Assembly: GCF_006345805.1 (NCBI RefSeq)
Contig: NC_042997.1
Span: forward strand, 120,962,001-121,026,000
Direction: 5' to 3'
Source of the DNA: Octopus sinensis
Lineage: Eukaryota
Length of the DNA: 64,000 bases
Shown here piece by piece: positions 52,524 to 64,000 of this stretch (positions within the stretch are counted from its first letter, which is position 1; each line of letters opens with the position of its first letter). Made by a program: the position numbers and the translations under genes. Below the pieces are notes generated by a model, which saw only the letters and a list, made by a program, of their open reading frames with translations, searched no databases and was not told the DNA's origin.

Positions 52524-54190
52524 ATTTCTTTATTACCCACCAGGGGCTACGAAGAATGGCGGACATAACAAAACATGGGGGACATAGAACAATATGATTA
52601 AATTTATGAGCAAATGAAAATGAAAAAATGATAATATGAAAGCGATGCTAACGGCCCCCTCCGCCAGCATCACTTACCTGTCCTTTTGTTTTCACTGTCA
52701 CCTGAATGTTCATTCCCAATACGAAGACCATCCATATCCATTCTTACTCCGAAACTGTCCTCCATATATTCCACGAATTCATCGCTCATTCTTGTATCTT
52801 TCACCTCCCAATTCTCCCTTTCACACCTCAACACAAACTCATCTATATTCTTCTTTTCCAGCACTGCATATCTGGTCCCATCCATTTCATACCATTCATA
52901 CTCCTCCATTACCCTTTCAACCTCTTTCTGTTCAGTCACAATATAAATGTTCGGCCTGGGTTCGTTTTCAAACTCTTGTCTGTCTGTATTGTTATTTTTC
53001 TTTTGTTTTCTTGTTGGAGGGGAGCGGGTGGGTTCACTGTCTGCAGGGGAAGGGTGGGATTCAGAGGGTGCGCGTGGTGTTGGGGTGGGTTGGGGCTTCG
53101 CACAGTTTTTCTTTTTCTTTCTTTTTCTCTTTTTTCTTCCTTCTTCCCACTCTTGTTGCATCTCCTCTTCTTCTGTCGTTTCTTTTCCCCTTTGGTTCTC
53201 TTTGGTTTCTTCCTCTTTTGGGGCTTCCGCGACGATTTCCTTTTCTTTTTCCTTTAGTGGTGGAGGGCAGTAGGCTCTTATGTGACCCCTCATGCCACAC
53301 TTGTAGCACCTGGGCGCCCTACCCTCCACCCACACTCTCATAATAATATTTCCAGTTTTTATACTGTCCGTAAGCTTTTCTATAACTTCCGCCTCCGTCT
53401 GTATGTTCATTACTAGTGTGGCACCTCTCACGCCTTCATATTTCATAATGGCGTGGAGGATGTCCACTTTATCTTCATTTCCTTTGATAACCGCAGCCGT
53501 TATTAATTCGCCCTCTAGGTGTGGAGGTATTCCTTCCACCCTAATTCTGGTGGTCCTTCTATTCAAATACGAGGGGAACAAGTAAAACTTTTCTGTACTC
53601 ACCACCTTGGCTGCTATATTCCTGGCTGCTTTCTCACTTTTAAATTGTACCGTTATGGTTCCATATTCTAATCCTGTCATGTACACAATTTCTTCTCCTG
53701 TCCGTTTGAAAGCCTCTTCAATTGCTTCCATGTTAATCACTTCCATTTTTCTACCTCCATTCATAAATACTTTATTTAGTGGTTCTACGATGGAACCAGT
53801 CTCCGCGCCCTGCTAGAGGCAACAGCTCAACCTCTCCGTTCTCCTCCTCCTTCATGAACTCCTGGAAGTCCGTCAACTTAGCCAGGTCTATCTCTTTTTC
53901 TGTTGACTTCTTCGTTATACCTGCATAGGTGCTTTCCATTTTTTTCACCGCCAACTCCTCCTCAGATGTCGACGAATTTTCAGAGAAATTTCTCCCTTCC
54001 ATCTCATCCGTTTGGTAGAGGCGGCTCATAGTCGCCTCAGACCGAAAAACGGCCTCCCGAACAGAAAACGTGCGACGCACAGAACCAGTGCGACGCGAAA
54101 CCGCACCAACCGACGTTACAATTCCGCAACCACAATTCACTTTTTGTTGTTTTTCTTTTTTAACCGAATTTTACAGAGCGCAAAAAAACG
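52524..54190 (-). mobile_element. ORF1-only (half-LINE, HAL1-like) non-autonomous retroelement
   Basis: CpG-rich 5'UTR, ORF1, no EN/RT, ~140-nt 3' region ending tagcccctggtgggtaataaagaaata. Confidence 0.8.
52670..54029 (-). CDS. ORF1 gag-like protein with CCHC zinc knuckle (one frameshift near 53815; 52670-53764 open)
   Basis: YGTITVQF…RTTRIRVEGIPP and VEGRAPRCYKCGMRGHIRAYC align with the downstream Tx1 ORF1. Confidence 0.85.
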
Positions 54191-55736
54191 CGACCTTTTT
54201 TCTCTACATTGTATACTTTATAGACAATAGTCTTTTCTTTAATTTCCTTTAATTAATTCCATTTCTGCACGCTAATTTTATTTTTAATTTATTCTCATTC
54301 ATGTGAAAACACTTATTCAAGTTCAAATCATTGATGCAATTTTATACCAATTGCTATTTTTACTTTTGTTATGTTACTTTAGTTTGATTTTAATTATTAC
54401 TTACTACATATAATTCAATTGTTATTATTATTTTTCTTGTTAAAGTGAAAGTATCTGACATAAAATAGAGAAACGTTTTTGTTTCACTTTTAACACGTAA
54501 TACTGAAATAGTGGAGAAGATATGATGTTGCTATGGTCTCGCTCTAGGCAAGAAGTTGAATATTTCTTTTTTTGCCCATGAAACTACATGGACCCTAAGT
54601 AAGGCATGTGTAAAATTTGAATGGAATTGGTTGTGTAGTTCTCAAGTTTTAGGGAATTGTAGCGGAGAAGATATGATATTGCTGTGGGCTCGCGCTAGGC
54701 AAAAATTCAAATTATAGAGGTTTTCCATTAATACAAAACTTTTCATATCAAGTGGCAACTTTATAGAGAAGGTAGATATATAGACAAAAATTTGGATTTA
54801 AGTTTTAAGAACATTTGAGGTAGTGGAGCCCATCAACTGACTGACTAAGATTCAGTTGTTCCAGACTACTGTAAGGTTCTGAGAGGGAAGAACAAATGAA
54901 AAGAGACAATAAAGATTTTCTAATTATAGAAATGGGGTAAAGGGGATGTCAGGGCTCCATATAAGGAATTTATGTAGAAAACAGCATCGTCACAACTAAA
55001 TGCCAATTACTACTATTTGATGGACAGATTCGGCGTTAGGGGAACTAGGTCAATGTCAAGTGGTCACAATATCATTCACAGAGAATGCAGAGACATTACA
55101 AACCCTATGCACATCATTACAACAGTTGGTCTATAAGTTCCAAGTTCTTTGACACGTTAGAATAAAGGAAAAAATATAAATCTAAAACGTATTCAATTTG
55201 GAGAAAAAGACTATCACTTATTATGAGTAGGCATAGTACTTATTAACTGGGGGGAAAAGCCTTATTAATCAAGTGAACATATTAGGGGTCAAAATATATA
55301 CTAAGAAAGATGGAAGAGGGAAAATCAAAGAGGAAGATATTCATAGGTTTAGTAGAAGGTGATATTTTATAATATGAAGAGAGATAATTTAGAAGAGTAA
55401 ATTATTCAAATTTTATGGATAGTGAGTTGATATTAACGAATTAAAATATAGGATCTGTTGGAAATAAAATTTACTACCTGCGGATAAAAGTTAATTAGGA
55501 AAAAATATCTTAGGTTAATTATATATTAAGAAATGGGAGTGAGATAATTAAGATGAACCAAATAGTTTCCCTAGGGAAATAGGATTAATACTACTTAGTA
55601 TTCGAGAACATTATAAAAAAGAATTTAATTCTAAGTTTGCAATGAAGTTTTTTAATCATCTATGAGTGTTTAACTAAAACCACTATGGTATATTCTTTCA
55701 TATTTGGTTAAATATATTTTGTAAAGATATCTTAGG

Positions 55737-56139
55737 AGGCGCAGAAGTGGCTGTGTGGTAAGTAGCTTGCTAACCAACCACATGGTTCCAGGTTCAGTCC
55801 CACTGCGTGGCATCTTGGGCAGGTGTCTTCTGCTATAGCCTCGGGCCGACTCATGCCTTGTGAGTGGATTTGGAAGACGGAAACTGATAGAAGCCTGTCG
55901 TATATATGTATATATATGTTTGTGTGTGTGTTTGTCTGTCTGTGTTTGTTCCCCTAGTATTGCTTGACAACCGATGTTTACGTCCCCGTCACTTAGCGGT
56001 TCGGCAAAAGATACCGATAGAATAAGTACTGGGCTTACAAAGAATAAGTTCCGGGATCGATTTGCTCGACTAAAGGCGGTGCTCCAGCATGGCCGCAGTC
56101 AAATGACTGAAACAAGTAAAAGAGTAAAAGAGTAAGAGA
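55737..56139 (+). mobile_element. Full-length tRNA-derived SINE family 1 (CORE-like)
   Basis: A-box TGGCTGTGTGG (55748-58), B-box GGTTCAGTCCC (55791-801), catcttgggcaggtgtctt, internal microsatellite, (aaagagt)n tail. Confidence 0.9.
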
Positions 56140-56398
56140 GACTAATTATATATTAAGAAATGGAAGTGAGATAATCAAGGTGAACCGAATAGTTTATTTA
56201 GGGGCATAGGATTCATACTATTTATTACTCCTACTATTTGGGATTCATACTATTTAGGATTCCAACTATTTAGATTCATACAGTTTAATTTTAGAAAAAA
56301 TAATTCAATTTTAATTTTGCAGTGAAGTTTTTTAGTCAACTATGAATGTTAAATTGAAAACCAGTATGGTATATTCCTTCTTATTTGATTATAAATAA

Positions 56399-57380
56399 TT
56401 AAAATTTGAAAAATATAGGAATATTCACAAAACTATCATTTAAAGTATTTAAACGTTCGGGTCGTACGATGTATACAAGAAATTCCAGCTCCAAACGGTT
56501 ATTCAACAGATTTGTATTATTCTGATATTTCAAAATTTCATAAGCTTCCATAGAACAAAGTTGACAACCATCCCTACTATTTGTATAAGGTTGCGCTCTT
56601 CTTACTATATCCCATTTTAGGTTGACTTCTATATTAGTTGTTTTTAGTTTCCAAATGTTGCTAGTTAATGTTGTGCAACCTAACTTATGTTTGAGCCTAA
56701 AAGAGGAAAAATGATTGTTTAGACGTTTTTTAAAATCTACCGAACAACCGAAATAAAGAAAGCTATTGTTTGAAGTTATTATCGTGCATTTATAAATCAC
56801 AAATTTTTGTATTAATGGAAAACCTCTATAATTGGCTGATGAGTGCTCAGCATTTTCTATAAGGTTGCTCCTTTCTTACTATATCCCATTTTAGGTTCAA
56901 TTCTATATTATTTGTCTTTAGTTCCGAAATTTTGCTAGATAATGTTGTGCAACCTGCCTTATGTTTGAGCCTAAAAGAGGAAAAATGATTGTTTAGACGT
57001 TTTTTAAAATCTACCGAACAACCGAAATAAAGAAAGCTATTGTTTGAAGTTATTATCGTGCATTTATAAATCACAAATTTTTGTATTAATGGAAAACCTC
57101 TATAATTGGCTGATGAGTGCTCAGCATTTTCTATAAGGTTGCTCCTTTCTTACTATATCCCATTTTAGGTTCAATTCTATATTATTTGTCTTTAGTTCCG
57201 AAATTTTGCTAGATAATGTTGTGCAACCTGCCTTATGTTTGAGCCTAAAAGAGGAAAAATGATTGTTTAGATGGTTTTTAAAATCTACCGAACAACCGAA
57301 ATAAAGAAAATTATTGTTTGAAGTTAATATCGTGCATTTATAAATCACAAATTTTTGTATTAATGGAAAACCTCTATAAT
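56399..57380 (-). mobile_element. Penelope-like element remnant: GIY-YIG endonuclease with a 274-bp tandem array
   Basis: IYKC…YFGC…FKKR..NH..SF…IWKLK…W.I…PY…CQLC..E…LLNNRLE. The N-terminal half is repeated at 56847-57074 and 57121-57348. Confidence 0.88.
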
Positions 57381-57469
57381 TAGCTGATGAGTGCTCAGCA
57401 TTATAAAACTGTTGTAATACTTACAACATTTAATAAAATGATGTAGTACGAAACGATCGTACCAAATTA
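57377..57469 (+). ncRNA. Type I hammerhead ribozyme with extended stem II
   Basis: TAATTAG-CTGATGA-GTGCT…TGTTGTAA/TTACAACA…AGTAC-GAAAC-GATC-GTA-CCAAATTA; stem III is the palindrome ACGATCGT. Confidence 0.78.
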
Positions 57470-57740
57470 CCGGAGTCATTCTTCTTGCTTATTTTGATTA
57501 CAATCACCCACGGATTTTTATGGATAATACCATATAGAATTCTGGTGCATCTAAATTAAGTACCATATTCATTTGAATCTAACTTTTTGCTGAACTTATA
57601 TATATATATATCGAACTCCCTTGTTGATCAAGTGCCACGTATCAGAGGTGGATTCACAAACTAGTGTGGCTCATTCAGCGGTGGTGCCCCAGCATGGCCG
57701 CGGCCTTCGGGCTAAAACATTTTTAAGGATTTTTTTAAGG

Positions 57741-57771
<31 letters not shown>

Positions 57772-57828
57772 AAATAGAAAGATGAATAATCTTGTAGTAG
57801 ATTAATCAAAATATATATATATATATAT

Positions 57829-58202
57829 AATACCACTCCTTAATTCTACTACTGCCTGCTACTAGCCATTGTCCGCCATACACACACACACGCACACACT
57901 CACACACACACTTGTCATCATCGCACACCTTCTTCACCATTCCGTCTTCGATATAGCTCTCCTGTTTTTAAAAACATTTTCCTCCATTTTTACCACTCCC
58001 GTCTTTTAGTATGTGACCTCGTGAATACCACCGGCGATTTCTCTCCTCAGTACTCCCGTCTCGGGATCTTTCCTTCTCCTATGTTTCCGAAGAAGAGCTC
58101 CGCTCGAAACGTCAAACCCTCCTTCTTTCCTGAGCGTCCAATAATACTATATTTGTTCCACATCCTTGCGTTGTTGTCTTTTTGTTTTCTTGTTTGGATT
58201 AA

Positions 58203-58206
<4 letters not shown>
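57829..58206 (+). mobile_element. Small pyrimidine-rich element with a minimal hammerhead (family B), between (TA)n tracts
   Basis: Bounded by (TA)n on both sides; contains the hammerhead at 58083. Confidence 0.6.
58083..58117 (+). ncRNA. Minimal type I hammerhead ribozyme
   Basis: GTTT-CCGAAGA-A-GAGC(TCC)GCTC-GAAAC-GTC-AAAC; stem I 4 bp, palindromic ACGT stem III, U4->C variant. Confidence 0.7.
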
Positions 58207-58274
<68 letters not shown>

Positions 58275-58288
58275 ATTATATATTATAA

Positions 58289-58341
<53 letters not shown>

Positions 58342-58680
58342 ATATTATATTATATTATATTATATTATATTATATTATATTATATTATATTATATTATAT
58401 TATGATTGAATGCCACGAATCCTCTTCCAAGTAAGGTTTATCTGTTTATATATCTACACATATACACACATCCATGTATATAAGAATGTATACCACTGCA
58501 AGTGGTCGACCTCTTGGTTGTTATATACTGATGGTCCCATCTCTTTATTATGTTAGCTGTTTGAATGATGCCATTGCGATGGATAACCAGTTGCAGTGTT
58601 ATCCATCTACAGATAAACCTTACTTGGAAGAGGATGCGTGGCGTTCAATCATAATATAATATAATATTATATTATATATA

Positions 58681-58901
58681 TACTCTTTTACTCTTTTACT
58701 CTTTTACTTGTTTCAGTCATTTGACTACGGCCATGCTGGAGCACCGCCTTTAATCGAGCAACTCGACCCCGGGACTTATTCTTTTTGGAAGCCCAGTACT
58801 TATTCTATCGTTCTCTTTTGCCGAACCGCTAAGTGACGGGGACATAAACACACCAGCATCGGTTGTCAAGCACTGCTAGAGGGACAAACACAGACACACA
58901 A

Positions 58902-58936
<35 letters not shown>

Positions 58937-59090
58937 CGACAGGCTTCTTTCAGTTTGCGTCTACCAAATCCACTCACAAGGCTTTGGTCGGCCCGAGGCT
59001 ATAGTAGAAGACACTTGCCCAAGGTGCCACGCAGTGGGACTGAACCCGGAACCATGTGGTTGGTAGACAAGCTACTTACCACACAGCCAT
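58681..59090 (-). mobile_element. tRNA-derived SINE family 1
   Basis: Same blocks as 55737-56140. Confidence 0.9.
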
Positions 59091-59095
59091 GTATG

Positions 59096-59169
<74 letters not shown>

Positions 59170-59188
59170 CATATATGAACATATATAT

Positions 59189-59219
<31 letters not shown>

Positions 59220-59224
59220 GGTAA

Positions 59225-59262
<38 letters not shown>

Positions 59263-59682
59263 ACGTAACAAACAAAGGAAAACATTCCTTCCAAGTGTTG
59301 TTTAAGACCCTTGGTACGACGGATGAATACCACATATATATGGGTATAATTCAAATCACACAATAAACATAATAGAGAGATACAAATGATAATCCAATCA
59401 TTTATAGTTATTATAACATAATATACTATGAATATGATAATATAACATAAACAATTATTTAACAAAACAAAATAGCCAACAATTTGGTTCGACTTATATC
59501 CATTTTTTTAATATATAAACAATTTAATTCCCTTATGTATAAGCCGCATCAGGGCAAGTGGTGTATAGTTACACGAAATTCTGTCTATCTGCATTATATT
59601 ATACTCATAGTATATTATGCTATATTATAATATAATTTATAAATTATTAGATTGTCACTTGTATCACTCTATTTAATGTATT

Positions 59683-59713
<31 letters not shown>

Positions 59714-59825
59714 AGAAAAAAGGTTTGAAAATGCAATTTAAACGATGTTTATTTACTTAACCGGTTTCACTCTTTGGTAAAAGATTGTCAAATGTTACAT
59801 TTAAGGAAACATTGAATAATATGGG

Positions 59826-59950
59826 TTCAAAAAAAGTTTTTACATAATTGTCACATTGAATATTATGCATTCAAAAAAGTTTTTACATAATTGTCACATT
59901 GGATATTATGAATTCAAAAATGTTTTTTTATACATAATTGTCACATTACA
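59826..59950. repeat. ~44-bp minisatellite, about 3 copies
   Basis: ttcaaaaaagtttttacataattgtcacatt… repeated. Confidence 0.85.
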
Positions 59951-62830
59951 TGTATAAATATAGTGTTTGGTAACAGAGAAGTTCAATAGTGTGATGAGAA
60001 TATTTGGGAAAATTTGGCAGAAAAGGATAAAACAAATATATTATTGGGAATTGGTTGCGTTAATTATTGGTTGTCGCAAATTGTCACATTACATGTATAT
60101 ATATACAATCTTCGGTATATATATATATATAAGGGTGATGCAAAATAACGGCAGAGTTTACAGAAAATAGAATAGACTGAGTTTTCTAATTAATATATTG
60201 GAGAACTTTGTGATGCATATAATGTTTATGCTTGACAAAGAAGAGGTTGTTTAATATAGCAATATCTTTGCCATTGTTAGTTTAGTTATTGTAGCAAGTT
60301 ATGTAATGTATCTTTTAGTTGAAACTACTGACTCCTGCTGTAGGCGTGTACGATGTTGCTAGATCAATCTTCGTTGTGGGATAGCGTTTAGCGTAAGCAA
60401 TCTTTTGAGTATCTTCCAGCAAATGGAGAGTAATTTATTCCATAGATTGTGCCCGTATGTTGTAGAGGAATTTGCATTCCTACGCTGTGTATAGGGAAGC
60501 TTTTTGCATAGTTTAGCGTTTTAAGTTTAACGTTTGATGTAATGTTCAAAGTGATTTTCAGCAGAGAAGTAAGGTAATATGCAAATCCTCCATTCACTCT
60601 AATAGTCATATTTTCAATGAATTCTATGTGCAATGTTTCGCAGATTTATGGGTATTTATATAATTGTTTTTGAAGCTGAAGACAAGGCGACCAGTATACT
60701 TATCTCGGTGGAGTTCTTGCTGACATCGAAGGGGATTCAGTTATGTTATATTCCATAGATATGACGCTGAAGAAGTAAATAATATTTTTCTACAGTGTAA
60801 TCAATATTATTATCTCCGTTTCAGATGGAAAATAATTAGATACCTTGCTAATTAACCTCCAGAATTATATTTTCTTCATATATTTTCTCCATCCTCAAAA
60901 CTTGTTCATCAATTATGAAGTGATTATTTCCTTAATTTTGTGAATTACACCTATTTATGATCTAAGCAACTTCATATTCAAAAACGTTCATGTTTGATCA
61001 ATTCCTATACCAGCATAGCGTTTCAGACTCTATCCCAATCAAAGACAGTTTTTTTATCATAAAAGAAGCACTACCCCCATTTGTATTTCCGACACCGACC
61101 CACAAGAAATACGCGTATCATAAAAAAACACACAAATAAATTCAATATGAAAAAAGTATACAACTATCACTTTCTCACCGATCTCTGAATGCCTGAAAGG
61201 CAAGTTGAATTCATCAAAACCACACAGTCTTAAAATTCCGACCCAAGATGAATTCATATTGACGTAATTATCAGATTACAGTGGTGTGTGAGATTTTCTG
61301 TTCGTTTTCGCCCACTTATGTACGCTTGTATACATGCGTACTGAGCATCAATATGCACACATAATACATACATTCAGTTTTTGTTAAATCCTGCTATAGA
61401 TTATGGAAAGGTACTATTACATTTGTGTTTAATGATAAATTTAACTATTAAACATGTGACTGCTAAACCAAGTAGCGGCTATTCATTATATGAATCTAGA
61501 TCCGCAAATATCAACGGAACGTCTCAGATCTAAGAATTGGAATCGAAACGAAATTTGCTTTGCACTATATGAATTCCCTAACATATTTAAAGCTTCCACC
61601 TTGATAAGAATTTATTGAAGCTACTTTCCCCACTCTTCCTCATCACCATCATAATATTTCTTCATCCTAATGCATGTCATCACTATCACATTATTTCTTC
61701 ATCCTAAGGCATGTCATCAACACCGAGATTTCCAGTATAATATTTCTTAACGTCAGTTGTTTTTCTTTCACACAGCTTCCTCTTCGGTGTAAGAAAGATG
61801 ACAAAGGCACTTTTTTTCCAGGTTGATCAATTATTTTGTAATTTGCTTCTATAAGAAAAAATATTCATTCTTCCATTTTACTTCTTACCAAAGCGCAAGA
61901 AATCGGAAAATAACACTCCATCACTTTTTCATCTTGGATGCTTGAAGCTATCCAATCAGCCAAAAGCACGCAACACCGTTGACACGTCTCTCACATGCAG
62001 TAAATCAAAGTAAGACTTCCTTAGATGTTGGAAGTTTTCCATATTCTCTATGTTAATACATTTTCTAAGCTCATTTGTGTGATCGTTGATATTTGTCACT
62101 CGTAAATTCTTATGCATACACTGTTATTAAAAAATATAAGCAAAGTGTTTTTGCCGCGGTGATATGAAACTGGTAGTGATAATTTAGGCTGTCATATACT
62201 GTAATTAAATTACTCACGCCCGAGACAAAATATAATCAGGATAAGTAGAAGGATGTGACTGTTGAGTTTTCCATTTCGGAGTTATCAAATTTAATCTTAG
62301 AAAATCAGATTAATGCACCAGTTTTATATCATTTAGTGACGTGTGCTACAATTGATAACCCATAATATCAGTAATTCTAACATATCTAAATTTGGGGCTC
62401 AGAGTGATATTAATTTGCAATATTTTGCCGTCGAGCTCATCGTATTTCCTACAAGACTTTCAAAAATGTATATCAAAAAGAAAAGCACACAATCTCATTT
62501 AAACACTAAATGTAATGGACGTAATTATTTACATCAATACCATTTGGCAAGGCTTCTAAATTCTTTATTAATTAATACTAATAAGCTTCCGAATATATAT
62601 TTAACTTTATGCGTTTAATTAACCATACTAATATAACATGCATATCCAATTGATGGCTTATAGTGAAATACTAGTAGCTTTGAACGATGGGATGGAACTT
62701 AATCCATCAGTCTCTTTTCTCACCAAGTTTTGGAGACATAAACACCCCAGCATCGGTTATCAAGCAATGGTTAGGGAACAAACACAGACACAAAAATAAC
62801 AAACATAAATATATATATACATATATATAT

Positions 62831-62868
<38 letters not shown>

Positions 62869-64000
62869 TGTGTGTGTGTGTGTGCTTGTGTGTGTTTGTG
62901 TGCGTGTATGTATGTCTATATATATATATTAACCATACAAATGGAACATGTTTAAAAATCGATACTGGGGTTATGTCTCCAAGCCTTGGTGACAAAAGAG
63001 ACCGATGGATTAAGTTCCATCCCATCGTTCAAATTCTGTTTCGAGTAAACTGTTTTTAAACTGAAATTTCCACAAGCGTTTAGTCTTGTTTGACTTGCCA
63101 GATAATGTAACAGCCAAATAAAAGGAATTTGATGACATAAATTTAGCTCGCGTATTATAAACAAATACTACTACTACTACTACTACGACTACTAAAAGCA
63201 TCAAGCATCCACAAAACGCAACATCTTTTCGTGTCTAGTCAGCTTGCACTCTTGTTATCAGTACAGTGATACAGATGCAGAGATAAGCTACTCTCAGTAC
63301 TCACAGGATTTCTCAAACCTAAATTTCCATCCATTCTTATTGAAAATGGTATAGAAAGTTTAAAAAAAAACATAGAGCAACAGATAGCAAGGGCGCCAAA
63401 CCACAATATCATACCTTTGATAGTTCCAAACAACTCATATCGCTGAATCAAACTTAACTATCATCAAACAAAGTATTGAATTAACTACTAAATTTAATTA
63501 CTGATCGAACACTTGTTCAACATTAAAGGCAACCACTAACAAGCAGTTGACAAACGCAAATTTTGTCCTAAAATGTAACGATAACAACTTAATGGTATGC
63601 AATTACAATCACAATCGTTGTGACACGTCGATCCATACATAGCCGTCAGTATACCAACTTAAAATCCGATAAAAGTTTATCTCCAAATGAAAATGTAAAA
63701 CCCTAAATCAAACCCGCTGTATCAGTTTTCCTACATTGTGTATAGATATGTACTGGCCAGGAAGAAAACTCATTATCAGTCAGAGACGAGTACGCTAGCA
63801 ACAAATTAGGGCTGTAATGATAGTTAGATCCCACTAAGTAATCATTTAGAATCATGCAGTATTATATGGTGTTTTAATATTTCCATTCAACTAACGTCAC
63901 CGCTCAAGTAAGGGTAGAAAACGAGAAAGAGAAATGTATGTGTCTGAGGATTTCAAAATTGTGTTAAATAGATTACAACATGAAATAATGAATCGAATTT

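Noticed and set aside
52636-53343. Long plus-strand ORFs (also 51055-51495, 4344-4886)
   Set aside because: They are antisense shadows of purine-rich retroelement ORFs.
55737-55810. tRNA gene
   Set aside because: A/B boxes are present but no full cloverleaf; it is the head of a SINE. The same applies to 40060-40132.
56795-57400. CRISPR-like or satellite regulatory array
   Set aside because: The units are whole 274-bp duplications without unique spacers, in a eukaryotic context.
60100-60800. Possible decayed LINE RT on minus (FAEDT-like after a frameshift)
   Set aside because: Only one weak motif, needing an assumed indel; no flanking RT motifs.

Overview
AT-rich, microsatellite-dense eukaryotic DNA made up almost entirely of transposable elements. 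No host protein-coding exon could be supported. The SINE and LINE repertoire looks like an octopus (cephalopod) genome; this is recognition from memory, not a database result. Four systems dominate. (1) At least five families of R4/Dong-type RT-REL LINEs, plus a ~540-bp non-coding passenger element, all sit in (TAA)n microsatellites and form same-strand nests. (2) A ~5.2-kb Tx1/L1-clade LINE (47316-52516, minus) lies directly downstream of a diverged ORF1-only element. Both share a 3' stem-loop tail with a tRNA-derived SINE family, which suggests a LINE / half-LINE / SINE trio. (3) Several type I hammerhead-ribozyme motifs occur in small (TA)n-associated non-coding elements (retrozyme-like) and in Penelope-like (GIY-YIG) remnants; two homologous copies show compensatory base changes. 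(4) Degenerate mariner elements, MITEs and many tRNA-SINEs. Most ORFs in the supplied track are artefacts of simple repeats. All alignments and RNA folds were done by eye, and element boundaries are approximate.
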